Assembly (NCBI GenBank): GCA_963813135.1
Contig: CAWEXY010000018.1
Coordinates: forward strand, 31,509 to 95,508
Source: an uncultured Verrucomicrobiae bacterium
GTDB taxonomy: Bacteria; Chlamydiota; Chlamydiia; Chlamydiales; Rhabdochlamydiaceae
Direction: 5' to 3'
Length of the DNA: 64,000 nucleotides
Shown here: in pieces, positions 41,548 through 51,397 of the stretch
Position numbering within the stretch: position 1 is the first letter of the stretch
Layout of the letters: every line of letters starts with the position of its first letter
Position numbers and translations under genes: made by a program
Notes under the pieces: model-generated
The model's input: only the letters and a program-made list of their open reading frames with translations
Database searches by the model: none
Told to the model about the DNA's origin: nothing

Positions 41548-42837
41548 ATGAGAGAGTGGGATAAGTTTCTTGAGACACAAGCAAAAGAACTAGGGCCGGA
41601 AGCTACAGAAAAGTGGCTCAAGTCCCTCAAAATCCTCCGCTTTGACGCCCGCAATCTCTATCTCGAGGCCAAAGATGTCTTTCACACGGCCTGGTTTGAA
41701 GAGCACATGCGCTATAAAGTGCGCAAAAATCTTAAGAATGGCAATGGCAGGCCCATCGCCGTTCACCTCTCCCACGGCTCAGCTAAGTCCACCAAAAAAG
41801 AATACAAACCTCCTCTCGAGCTGGCTTCCGATCCACTCGACCCGCATTCAACCTTTAATTCCTTTTTGCCCGGCAAGACCAATAATGCTTCTTTCCAACT
41901 GCTATCTGCCGCGTTGCAAAAACCAGCTTCCTATAATCCCCTCTACCTCTGCGGTCCTACGGGCTGCGGCAAAAGCCATCTACTCATGGCGGCCGCCCAC
42001 CAACTCCGCGCGCAAGGCCTCAATCCTCTCATCATCCGCACAGAAACCCTCACAACCCACGTCGTCGCTGCCATCCGCAGCGGACTTATGCGCCTTTTCC
42101 GCGACTTTTACCGCAGCCATGATGCCCTCCTCGTCGATGATATCGGCATCTTGGCCAAAAAAACAGCGACCCAAGAAGAATTTTTCCATACCTTTAATGC
42201 CTTCCATAACGCCGGCAAACAGATCATCATCACCGGCGCTGCCATCCCTTCTCAATTAGACGGCATCGAACCTCGCCTCACGAGCCGGTTCGAATGGGGC
42301 CTCGTCCTCTCCCTTCAAGCTCCCACACCCGAAGAGCTTCTCGAAATCCTTCATGCAAGGCAAAAACTTCATGACTTTTCTCTTCCCCCTGACCTAGAAC
42401 AATTCCTGCTCGCCCGCTTTTCTTCCTCCCCTAAATCCCTGATCCGGGCGCTCGACTCTCTGGTCCTCTACTCCCATATGCAAAAGAAGACACCCTCGCA
42501 GATCGATCCCCACCGAGCGCTTTCCTCTCTCCTTCAAGAAGAAAAACGGATAGAACTATCTGCTGAGAAAATCGTTCACGCCGTCGCCCGCGTCATGGAA
42601 GTCCCTTCGATAGAAATTTTCAGCAAGTCGCAGAAAAAAGAATTTTCTGCCGCGCGCAAAATAGCGATGTACCTCTGCCGCGAGATCCTCAAGATGCCCT
42701 ATGCACAGATTGGTAAAGAGTTCGATCGCGATCATTCGACCGTGATGTCTAGCATCCGCGCCATCAAAGAAGAATTGCTTGACCGTAGTTCTCCTCTTAA
42801 AGCAAAATTAAGCGAAATTACTAACGCACTTCGTTAG
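41548..42837 (+). CDS. dnaA: chromosomal replication initiator DnaA (one of the chlamydial paralogs)
   Basis: YNPLYLCGPTGCGKSHL, TQEEFFHTFN, RLTSRFEWG, RDHSTVM. Confidence 0.95.
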   Translation: MREWDKFLETQAKELGPEATEKWLKSLKILRFDARNLYLEAKDVFHTAWFEEHMRYKVRKNLKNGNGRPIAVHLSHGSAKSTKKEYKPPLELASDPLDPHSTFNSFLPGKTNNASFQLLSAALQKPASYNPLYLCGPTGCGKSHLLMAAAHQLRAQGLNPLIIRTETLTTHVVAAIRSGLMRLFRDFYRSHDALLVDDIGILAKKTATQEEFFHTFNAFHNAGKQIIITGAAIPSQLDGIEPRLTSRFEWGLVLSLQAPTPEELLEILHARQKLHDFSLPPDLEQFLLARFSSSPKSLIRALDSLVLYSHMQKKTPSQIDPHRALSSLLQEEKRIELSAEKIVHAVARVMEVPSIEIFSKSQKKEFSAARKIAMYLCREILKMPYAQIGKEFDRDHSTVMSSIRAIKEELLDRSSPLKAKLSEITNALR

Positions 42838-42922
42838 AAAAGATCTTCCAGCGACAATGCAACATCAACAGTTTCAAAATGGCCGGCATCTATTTTAATA
42901 CCATAGGGGGAAATGAGGTAAT

Positions 42923-42951
42923 AAAAAACCCTAACTTTTTCAAGTTAGGGT
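42923..42951 (-). terminator. intrinsic terminator of the chaperone gene (possibly bidirectional)
   Basis: ACCCTAACTT-TTTC-AAGTTAGGGT stem with an A-tract on the left (U-tract on the minus strand). Confidence 0.7.
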
Positions 42952-42978
42952 AGAAAATGGTTCGCACGTTATCCAAGC

Positions 42979-43494
42979 TTAGATCTTGATGAACGGTTGG
43001 CCTGGTTTGCCTTGTTGGGTCGGGGGCATCTGCGGACGAGCGCCCGGGCCAGGACCTGCATCTTTCGTGTCTTCGCGGCCTTCGCTGATGTCTTTCGCGC
43101 GCTTTCTCCAACGCTCGACAGCTTCGACGAAAATAGGAGCAAAACGGCGCAGAGACGAAGGATCGGCACCGATGCCCATCTCGATGACGCAGTGCATCAG
43201 AATGAGTTCTTCATTCACAGCAACGCCGATACCGCCGCCAGCCATCTGACCTCCGAGCATCGATCCTTCGAGGAGCGACTCGTAAAGCTTCAAACGCATG
43301 GTCGGATCTTTAGGAAGACCGTCTAAGATCGGAGAGTAGAGATAGAGACGATCAGAGTTGGGCTCAAAAGTGATGTGCAGGGAAAAAGTATTATCGATTC
43401 CCAAAATACAGGTATGGTTTTCATCAAATGCCAGCTCAAGGTTTAATTCTTTTCCAAATTCCTTCAGGTTGGCTTTGGCATTCTCTAATGACAT
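42979..43494 (-). CDS. slc1: class I type III secretion chaperone (CesT/SycE family, Slc1-like)
   Basis: AFDENHTCILGIDNTFSLHITFE..SDRLYLYSPILDGLP, LLEGSMLGGQMAGGG; adjacent to glgX as in Chlamydia. Confidence 0.85.
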   Translation of the reverse strand: MSLENAKANLKEFGKELNLELAFDENHTCILGIDNTFSLHITFEPNSDRLYLYSPILDGLPKDPTMRLKLYESLLEGSMLGGQMAGGGIGVAVNEELILMHCVIEMGIGADPSSLRRFAPIFVEAVERWRKRAKDISEGREDTKDAGPGPGARPQMPPTQQGKPGQPFIKI

Positions 43495-43580
43495 GGGTCC
43501 TCCGTTCAAATAGTAAAAGGTGAGCTTGCCAAACCGTAAGAAAATTTGCAAGAAAAAACATGGTTCCCTATGGTGACAAT

Positions 43581-45533
43581 ATGGCCCCCTCCTACCCTAC
43601 CACTCGCGGATATCCTACCCCTCTTGGGGTAACCAAGGTCGAAAACACCTTAAATTTTGCCTTTGTCTCGACGTCCAATGCCAAAACATCCCTCGTCTTT
43701 TACGCGAAGGAAAGCAAACAACCTTTTTTAACCGTTCTTCTCAACCCTAAAATCAATCGTACAGGAAAAGTTTGGCACGTCGGCGTTTCCGAACTTCCCT
43801 CGGAATTCAACTACGGCATTTCTATTGCTGGGCAAAAGCTATTGATTGATCCGTACGCCATCGGCCTCAATACAAATTCAGCGTGGGGTGAAGGCCTCCC
43901 CGAGCCTTTGCTCTGCAGCTATAAAGAAGCAACGTTTGACTGGGGCGCCGACACGGCCCCGCAAATCCCGATGCAGGACCTCATCATCTACGAGATGCAT
44001 GTCCGCGGCATGACCATTTCTCCTACCAGCCACGCCTCGCACAGCGGCACCTTCCTGGGCATCATTGAAAAAATCCCTTACTTTAAAGAGCTCGGCGTCA
44101 ACGCCATCGAGCTTCTTCCTATCTTCGAGTTCAATGAGTGTGAAAATCCGCATAAAAATCCCAAAACGGGCCAGCAGCTCTACAACTACTGGGGATATTC
44201 GACGATTAATTTTTTTTCACCCACAAGGCGCTTCGGAACCATCGAAGAGTTTAAGGAGATGGTCAAAGAGCTGCACAAAAACAAGATCGAAGTCATCCTC
44301 GACGTCGTCTACAATCATACAGCAGAAGGCAATGAGGACGGCCCCACCTACGCCTACCGAGGCCTGGCCAACAGCACTTACTACATTTTGGGCCCCAAAG
44401 GCGAGTATTATAACTACTCCGGCTGTGGAAATACCTTCAGCTGCAACCATCCGATCGTCCGTAAATTGATCCTCGATTCTCTCCGTTACTGGGCCGGCGA
44501 AATGCACGTCGATGGTTTTCGGTTCGACCTCGCCTCTATCATGACCCGCGATACTACGGGCGCGGTCCTCTCCAATCCGCCTGTGATCGAATCGATCGCC
44601 AGCGACCCTCTTCTCGCCAACTGCAAGCTCATCGCCGAAGCCTGGGACGCCGCCGGCCTCTATCAAGTCGGATCGTTCCCTGCCCACGAGAGGTTCGCCG
44701 AATGGAACGGCAAGTACCGCGACACTGTTCGCAAGTTCATCAAAGGGACCGATGGGGAAGCAGGAAGTTTTTCCACTGCCATCTGCGGCTCTCAAGAGCT
44801 CTACGCCCATTCCGGCCGCAAACCCTATTATAGCATCAACTTCATCACGTCCCACGATGGGTTTACCCTGCGCGATCTCGTGACCTATAACCAAAAGCAC
44901 AATGAAGAAAATGGCGAGATGAACCGCGACGGGATGAACGACAACGACAGCTGGAACTGCGGCGATGAAGGGCTCTCCAGCAACCCCGAGGTGAACAAAT
45001 TGCGTGAAAGGCAGATGCGCAACTTCATCGTCACCCTATTCACTTCTATCGGAACCCCGATGCTCTTGATGGGCGATGAGTATGGCCATACACGCCGGGG
45101 AAATAACAACACTTATTGCCATGACAACGATCTCAACTGGTTTTTATGGGACCAGCTCAAAGAGAACGAGGCTTTTTACACCTTTGTCAAGCAGCTGATC
45201 GCCTTTCGTAAGGCCAACCCCTTGCTGCGGCGCTCTGAATTTTTAACCGAGTCGGATATCGACTGGCACGGAACGTCGCCGTCCCAGCCTGATTGGGGAC
45301 CCGCCTCCCGCTTCATCGCCTATGCCCTCAACGACCCTGCCCACGAAGAGCAGATCTATATCGCCTATAATGCTTACAACGAACCGCGCACGGTACAGCT
45401 TCCCGAGCCGCCGGAGCATCATTCATGGCAGCTCATCGTCGATACCGCTCAAGGTTTTTTTGAAAAGCCACCAACGCTCAAAGAAACCTATCAAATGGAA
45501 GCCCACAGTTCCATCATTGCGAAGATCATATAA
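43581..45533 (+). CDS. glgX: glycogen debranching enzyme (isoamylase)
   Basis: IYEMHVRG, NYWGYST, DVVYNHT, VDGFRFDLA, IAEAWD, SHDGFTL. Confidence 0.95.
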   Translation: MAPSYPTTRGYPTPLGVTKVENTLNFAFVSTSNAKTSLVFYAKESKQPFLTVLLNPKINRTGKVWHVGVSELPSEFNYGISIAGQKLLIDPYAIGLNTNSAWGEGLPEPLLCSYKEATFDWGADTAPQIPMQDLIIYEMHVRGMTISPTSHASHSGTFLGIIEKIPYFKELGVNAIELLPIFEFNECENPHKNPKTGQQLYNYWGYSTINFFSPTRRFGTIEEFKEMVKELHKNKIEVILDVVYNHTAEGNEDGPTYAYRGLANSTYYILGPKGEYYNYSGCGNTFSCNHPIVRKLILDSLRYWAGEMHVDGFRFDLASIMTRDTTGAVLSNPPVIESIASDPLLANCKLIAEAWDAAGLYQVGSFPAHERFAEWNGKYRDTVRKFIKGTDGEAGSFSTAICGSQELYAHSGRKPYYSINFITSHDGFTLRDLVTYNQKHNEENGEMNRDGMNDNDSWNCGDEGLSSNPEVNKLRERQMRNFIVTLFTSIGTPMLLMGDEYGHTRRGNNNTYCHDNDLNWFLWDQLKENEAFYTFVKQLIAFRKANPLLRRSEFLTESDIDWHGTSPSQPDWGPASRFIAYALNDPAHEEQIYIAYNAYNEPRTVQLPEPPEHHSWQLIVDTAQGFFEKPPTLKETYQMEAHSSIIAKII

Positions 45534-45544
45534 GAGACAGTAAT

Positions 45545-47137
45545 ATGCTAGAAATGGAAAAAACAACCGATTCCTTTCAAACCGTCTCGCGGTCAGCATT
45601 GCGCTTCTCAGCAGGCACATTTTTGAGCCGTATCACTGGCATGGTGCGCGAGCAGGTCACCGCTTTCATCTTTGGGACAAGCGCTCTCATCGCCGCGTTC
45701 ATGATTGCCTACCGGTTTGCTCTTACTCTACGCAGGCTGCTCGGCGAAAATGCCCTGCTAGCCGGCTTTGTCCCCCACTTCGAAGAAATCCACGCCAAAT
45801 CCCCCAAAGACGCGGCTCTCTTCTTCCGCGATGTCCAATACTCTCTGATCGCTCTTTTGCTAGGCGTTCTCATTCTCATTGAAGGGACGCTTTTTATCGT
45901 GCTTCAGACGGCAGCCTTGGCCGCTACGACACAAGAAATCCTCACCCTCACCATGTTCATCACGCCCAGTCTTTTCTTCCTGTCGCTCTATGCCCTCTCC
46001 AGCGCGCTTTTGCAATGCACCAAGCGGTTCTTCCTGCCAGCCCTCGCTCCTGCGCTCTTCAACGTCACCTGGATCGGCGTTGTCAGCTTTGTCTATTTGA
46101 CAGGCGGGGAAAGTTCGGTGATGGGGCTGACGATCTGCACCCTGGCGGCGTTTTTTGTGCAATGGGCGCTTCTCGTGCCATCCACGGTGGGTTTTCTGAA
46201 AAGTTTTTTATCGATGGATGAGATGCGAAGAATGCGTCTATTCACTCCAGAGTTTCGCGCGTTGTTCCGCTCGATAACCGTGACCATGATCGGGCTGGGC
46301 GCCATTCAAATTAACGGACTTCTGGATACGATCTTTGCCCGTATTGCCTCCTTAGAAGGCCCCGCGTTCATGTACTATGCCACGCGGCTTTATCAATTGC
46401 CGGTCTCACTCATTGGCATTTCTTTGTCGTCTGCGATCCTTCCCTCCTTGGCAAGGGCCCTGGAAGCCAAAGAGCACGAACATTTTAAACGGCTGCTGTC
46501 GACATCGCTGCGGCGCGCGGCCAGCTTTACCATCCCGATGACATTTGCTCTATTGACGCTCAGCGACAGCGCGATCGGCTTCTTGTTTTATCGCGGAAAT
46601 TTCAACGCCGAATCGGTTTTTAATACGACGGAGTGCCTCTGGGCTTTAGCCCTTGGCCTAGTGCCAGCAACCTTTTCGCTCCTGCTCGCCCAACCCTTCT
46701 ATGCCAAAAAAAACTATCACATTCCGACGCTCGCTTCCCTCTATTCGGTGGGCATCAACATCGGGCTCAATTTGGTCTTCACTCTCTATTTTGGCTGGGG
46801 GGCCTCTAGCATCGCGCTCGCGACTTCGATAGCAAGCACTTTTAGCGCTATTTATCTTTTACAAAAGATGGAATCCGTCAGCGAAATCTACACCCCCCTG
46901 TTCAAGGCAACGATGGCATCGCTTTTTGCCGCAGGGGCAACCTGGAGCGTATCGTATTTATATTTCTCCAGCAGCGTGATGCTCCCCTTTTCCGGAGCCG
47001 CGCACTTTCCTTCCAAAATTGCCGACCAGGCCCAGCAGCTGGGTGTGCTGGGAATTGTTTTTTTAGGAGCGCTCATTCTCTTTGCCAAACTTTTTAGGGC
47101 CTCTGAAATTCTTCACTTGCTGAGACGAAAGAAATGA
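45545..47137 (+). CDS. murJ: lipid II flippase MurJ (MviN)
   Basis: SRITGMVRE, RRLLGE, YATRLYQLP, IALATSIA; many TM segments. Confidence 0.92.
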   Translation: MLEMEKTTDSFQTVSRSALRFSAGTFLSRITGMVREQVTAFIFGTSALIAAFMIAYRFALTLRRLLGENALLAGFVPHFEEIHAKSPKDAALFFRDVQYSLIALLLGVLILIEGTLFIVLQTAALAATTQEILTLTMFITPSLFFLSLYALSSALLQCTKRFFLPALAPALFNVTWIGVVSFVYLTGGESSVMGLTICTLAAFFVQWALLVPSTVGFLKSFLSMDEMRRMRLFTPEFRALFRSITVTMIGLGAIQINGLLDTIFARIASLEGPAFMYYATRLYQLPVSLIGISLSSAILPSLARALEAKEHEHFKRLLSTSLRRAASFTIPMTFALLTLSDSAIGFLFYRGNFNAESVFNTTECLWALALGLVPATFSLLLAQPFYAKKNYHIPTLASLYSVGINIGLNLVFTLYFGWGASSIALATSIASTFSAIYLLQKMESVSEIYTPLFKATMASLFAAGATWSVSYLYFSSSVMLPFSGAAHFPSKIADQAQQLGVLGIVFLGALILFAKLFRASEILHLLRRKK

Positions 47138-47774
47138 TCGATCTTCCGCCGCCAGCCGAGATTGCATGGGAGCGATCGCTGGGAAAAGGCGAGCGGGCGG
47201 AAGTTTTTCTTGCCAAGGGCGGGCGGTTTGCGATCAAACGATTCCTTACCATGGACCAGATCACCCTTCCCGCCAAGGAACTGACTCCTTATCTATATGA
47301 TGAAAATGGGATGTTCCTGGACGCGCAACGAGAACTAGACATCGCGCAGCGCCTCCTGCATCCGAATGTGGTCCGCATTTATTCTATGTTTTTTGACGGA
47401 ACAACGACGTATCTGGTGATGGACTTTATCGAGGGAAAACCGATCGAAGACATGCACAAAAAGCGGTGATGCGCCAAGCAGCGCTCGATGTTGTCGATGT
47501 TTTGCGCCTTGCTCTCAAGGAAGGTCTTGTCCACCACGATCTGCACAGTGAAAATTTCATTTTAGACTCTAAAGGTAAAATCTATTTCATCGATCTCGAT
47601 AGCTTCGAAGATGAGGAAGAAGATGAAGACTGGCATGAATATGCGGATCATATTTACACCTTTATCTGCACCCTCCTGCAATTTGATATAACGATTCCTT
47701 CTAAAGAGGGAGCGCAGTCGAAAGAAGATCTCATCTCGTACCTCGGCGAAATACAGCGAACGCTTTCGTCGTAA
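47134..47774 (+). pseudogene. short protein kinase split by a frameshift at the A-run near 47460
   Basis: LGKG..AEVF, AIK, HPNVV, YLVMDFIEG in the first ORF; HHDLHSEN, IDLD in the second; one added A fuses them. Confidence 0.75.
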
Positions 47775-47819
47775 ATGTCTATCTGCTATATTTCACAAAA
47801 GTGCTTCAGGAGGTACGCA

Positions 47820-48617
47820 ATGTTACGACGCTCAGGTTTACTAACCCGCTGTGCAAATAAGATACAAGTGGCGCTAGCGAGGCAAAGTCAGATTGGTCCA
47901 AACGACGAAGGACATAGCCAAAGGCTAGGCCGAGGAGGGGGATGAACAGAGCGAAGCCGCAGCAAGCCGAAGGCCTCTTATTTGTGCAGCGGGTTAGTAC
48001 TTTTACTTTCGATTTTAACGCTGGCCAGCTGCCAAAATAAAAAAGAGAGCGAGACAGCTGTGCAGGAGACGCCCGTCGCGGGACGGCCCATCGTCGCCGT
48101 CGTGCCCCTTCTCGACCATTCCGATCATGGCCTACCTTGGAATGTGTCCGATGAACTGACTAAAGGCCTTTATTTGAGCCTCCTCGAAAAGCGCGACCTC
48201 TATCTGATGAATCATGAAAACGTGACCGCCCTTCTTAAAAAATTATCGCGCGAAAATGATCCGTTCGGCACCAATCTCGCCTGGGTCAAACGTGCTTTTG
48301 CCGGGAGTGAATTCGTCGTCTTTACTGAACTGGCCCAGCATGAAGAAGTCCCTCTCGCTGCTGCCGATTCCGCCGCTGAGCTTCAGATCGCTGTCCGCTT
48401 GCGCGTCATCGACCTGCGCGACCAAAAACCCAAAGTCATCCTTCAAGAAGTGCTGCGCAAGTCCGAGCATGTGGCCCGTCCATTCACCAAGGCCAATTTT
48501 ACCCAAGTGGCCTGGGGCGATGAGATGTTTGAAATTTCTCCGCTGGGCATGACCCACGCGCAAGTGACGAAGGAGCTCGCTAACCGCATCGATGATTACA
48601 TTCATTATACAAAATGA
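47820..48617 (+). CDS. chlamydial conserved lipoprotein (CT253-like), 5' end interrupted by a MITE
   Basis: AGGAGG RBS then ATG 47820; removing the MITE gives MLRRSGLLLLSILTLASC (lipobox); P.VAVVP..D......PWN.SDELT motif; alternative TTG start at 47982. Confidence 0.75.
47841..47997. mobile_element. 157-bp palindromic MITE with TA duplication, inside a lipoprotein signal peptide
   Basis: IRs CTAACCCGCTGTGCAAATAAGA / TCTTATTTGTGCAGCGGGTTAG (20 of 22 match), TA at 47839-47840 and 47998-47999. Confidence 0.85.
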
Positions 48618-49459
48618 CCTCTGATGCAGCCTCTGTTTTTCTTGTCGCTTTATTTGGCATCGCCGCTAATTGGCTGGCCTATAAAAAGGGCTTTTATAAA
48701 CTGACGCCTACGGCGGCCCCGATCGTTTTTCTAAAAAACATCATTGCCGTCTTTGCCATCTATTTGGCCATGATGTATTTGGTCGCCCCCTTTGTCGGCA
48801 ATATTCTTTTCACCCTTTCCCGCCCGATGCCGCCTCCCGCGGCGATGCTCAGTTTTCTACAATTTCTCCTCATGTCGGTGATGATCCTTCTCTTTTATTG
48901 GTACTCCCAAAGCCTGGGCAAAGGATTTTTCCGGCCCGTATGGAAAAATTACTCCGCACTTAATGCTAAGCCAGTCTATGTGGACATCGGGCTTGGGATG
49001 CTCACCTGGATCTTAAGCTTTCCAGTGGTGGTCGTCGTGGGCGAGCTGATGGACATGTTCATTTACCTCACCTTCGGAGTCGAAAATTATGAGCAAGTCG
49101 CTGTCCGCTACCTCAAAACGACGCTGGGCTCCCCTTCTCAACTTCTCTTTGCCCTTCTGACTATTTTGGTCCTCGCGCCTGCTATCGAAGAGTTTTTGTT
49201 CCGCGGCTGCCTCCAAACCTTTTTTAAAAGACATCTCGGCACAAAATCGGCCATCCTTCTGTCGTCGCTCTGCTTTGCTCTTTTCCACTTTGCAACCTCT
49301 CAAGGCGTCGGCAACATTTCGCTCATCATCTCTCTTTTCGTATTCGCCTGCTTTTTGGGGTTCATTTACGAGAGGCAATCGTCTCTATTTGCATCGATCG
49401 GCCTCCACATGACCTTCAATCTCGCCAGCGCGGTCCGCATCGTCTGGGGAGGCGAATAA
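48614..49459 (+). CDS. CPBP (CAAX/Abi) family intramembrane metalloprotease
   Basis: APAIEEFLFRG, FALFH, SIGLHMTFN. Confidence 0.9.
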   Translation: MTSDAASVFLVALFGIAANWLAYKKGFYKLTPTAAPIVFLKNIIAVFAIYLAMMYLVAPFVGNILFTLSRPMPPPAAMLSFLQFLLMSVMILLFYWYSQSLGKGFFRPVWKNYSALNAKPVYVDIGLGMLTWILSFPVVVVVGELMDMFIYLTFGVENYEQVAVRYLKTTLGSPSQLLFALLTILVLAPAIEEFLFRGCLQTFFKRHLGTKSAILLSSLCFALFHFATSQGVGNISLIISLFVFACFLGFIYERQSSLFASIGLHMTFNLASAVRIVWGGE

Positions 49460-49465
49460 CAATTC

Positions 49466-50219
49466 ATGCAACGGATGCTCATGGATATGGAAAGTTATGG
49501 TGTCTCCGATATTGGCCGAACCCGCCAGAACAATGAAGACGTCTGGGCGGAGCTTCCGGACTGCCATTTCTATATCTTAGCCGATGGGCTTGGCGGCCAC
49601 CAAGGAGGCGAGGTCGCCGCAAAAGAAGCCGTCATGGGCGTTTGCGATGCCATCGATACACTTTTCTTGTCGGGTAAAAAGCCATCTTCTTCCGATGTTA
49701 TCGCCGCTATCGAAAAAGGCGTTTCCCATGTCAATAAGGCCATACGGTCCCTTGCCATGGAGCACAAAGAGCTCGCAGGCATGGGAACGACCCTGTGCTG
49801 TTTTTTAATTCTGGACAGCACCCTCGTCTATGCCCACATCGGCGATAGCCGCGTCTACCGCTTTCGGAAAAAACTCGAACGGCTGACCCAGGACCACTCT
49901 CTGAGGCAAAAACTGCTCAGCAGCGGCGAACTCGATGAGACCTCAGCGTCTAAATTCCCCTATAAGAACATTGTCACGCGGGCCATCGGCACGACGCCCT
50001 CCGTCCGCGCCGAAATCAGCACCTGCCCCATTGAAAAGGGGGATATTTATTTTCTCTGCAGCGACGGGCTCACCGACAGCCTTTCGGACGCGATGATCGG
50101 AAAACATCCTGAAAAACAGCCCCTCCATCAAGGATGCCTGCCTCGACCTCGTCGAGGCCGCCAAAGAAGCGGGCGGCGGCGACAACATCACGATCGTAAT
50201 GGTGAAGACCAGTGCGTAA
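49466..50219 (+). CDS. PP2C-type Ser/Thr phosphatase (frameshift near 50100)
   Basis: R.NNED, ADGLGGH.GG, GMGTT, HIGDSR, CSDGL; removing one G at ~50100 restores ...AKEAGGGDNITIV ending at TAA 50219. Confidence 0.88.
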
Positions 50220-51336
50220 GATCTATCTCGATAATAATGCAACTACTGGGGTCGATCCTCGCGTTGTTGAGGCGATGTTAGAAGATCTTTGCCAGATCCC
50301 TGCTAATCCTTCCAGTGTCCACTCGTTTGGCAAAGAGGCCAAAAAGAAACTGGGGGCGGCCCGCCAAACGATCAGCGCTTTCTTCCACGCCCGCCCTGAA
50401 GAGATCGTTTTCACATCCGGCGGCACCGAAGCTCTTTCGATGCTCCTGCGCGGATTCTATGCGCTCCATCCCCGCTGCCATATCGTCTCTTCCGATGTCG
50501 AGCACTCCGCAACGACGGCACTGCTGCGCAGCCTCGAGTCCCAAGGCGCACGCTTGACCCTCCTTCCCGCAGGACTTTGGGGAGCGGTCCAGCCCCATCA
50601 GCTGGAAGAAGCGCTCCAAGATAAAGTCGACCTGATCGTCCTGATGTCTGTCAATAACATCACCGGCGTCAAAACAGACCTGAACGCCATCGCCGCCCTC
50701 GCAGAGAAAAAAAACATTCCTCTCATCGTCGATGGAGTCTCCCACCTAGGAAAAGAACTCTTTGCCATCCCGCGCGGCGTCTCGGCGATGACCTTTTCCG
50801 GGCATAAATTTCATGCGCCCAAAGGCATTGGATTCGCCCTCATCAAGCCCCATTTTAAGATCGCCCCCATCCTCGTCGGCGGCGCCCAAGAAATGAACCG
50901 CCGCGCCGGCACAGAAAATCTCGCCGGCATTCTCGGCCTTGCCAAGGCCATCGAGCTGCTTCCCCTAGAGCTGCCCGAGGCAACGCCGCGCATGGAGAAA
51001 CTCCGCAACCGCCTTACCGATGGACTGATGGACAAAATCGGCAACATCGTCGTCCACGGCCTGGGCCCCCGCATCTGCAATACCGTCCATATCGGATTTC
51101 CTGGCGTCGATGGCGAGACCCTGCTCCTCCAGCTCGATATGAACGGCATCGCCGCTTCGCATGGATCGGCGTGCGCCTCCGGCGGCCTTGAGCCTTCCCC
51201 CGTCCTTCTCAATATGGCGGTCCCGATGTCGCTCGCCCGCACCTCAATCCGGTTTTCCCTATCGCGCTGGACGACCCCAGAAGAGATCGAAGAGGCGATT
51301 GATATCATTTCCCGCCTTGCGCTATCCCACAAGTAG
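50212..51336 (+). CDS. iscS: cysteine desulfurase (IscS/NifS family)
   Basis: IYLDNNATT, FTSGGTE, SGHKFHAPKG, RAGTEN, SHGSAC. Confidence 0.92.
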   Translation: MRKIYLDNNATTGVDPRVVEAMLEDLCQIPANPSSVHSFGKEAKKKLGAARQTISAFFHARPEEIVFTSGGTEALSMLLRGFYALHPRCHIVSSDVEHSATTALLRSLESQGARLTLLPAGLWGAVQPHQLEEALQDKVDLIVLMSVNNITGVKTDLNAIAALAEKKNIPLIVDGVSHLGKELFAIPRGVSAMTFSGHKFHAPKGIGFALIKPHFKIAPILVGGAQEMNRRAGTENLAGILGLAKAIELLPLELPEATPRMEKLRNRLTDGLMDKIGNIVVHGLGPRICNTVHIGFPGVDGETLLLQLDMNGIAASHGSACASGGLEPSPVLLNMAVPMSLARTSIRFSLSRWTTPEEIEEAIDIISRLALSHK

Positions 51337-51397
51337 ATCTGCAATAAATTATTTTACTCTATCCCAGCCCTCTCAGGCAAGACGCTTTCGACTGCAA

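Noticed and set aside
41450..41548. oriC next to dnaA
   Set aside because: No cluster of TTATCCACA-like boxes is visible; the region is occupied by the yidC duplicate and a REP hairpin
4228..47945. TGA recoding (in-frame TGAs at 4228 and 47943)
   Set aside because: TGA is the normal stop of several conserved genes here (menF, menB, menA, murJ), so an alternative genetic code is unsupported
50100..50281. Extended C-terminus of the PP2C ORF in the ORF track
   Set aside because: Result of a +1 frameshift; the conserved GGGDNIT motif is in another frame ending at 50219
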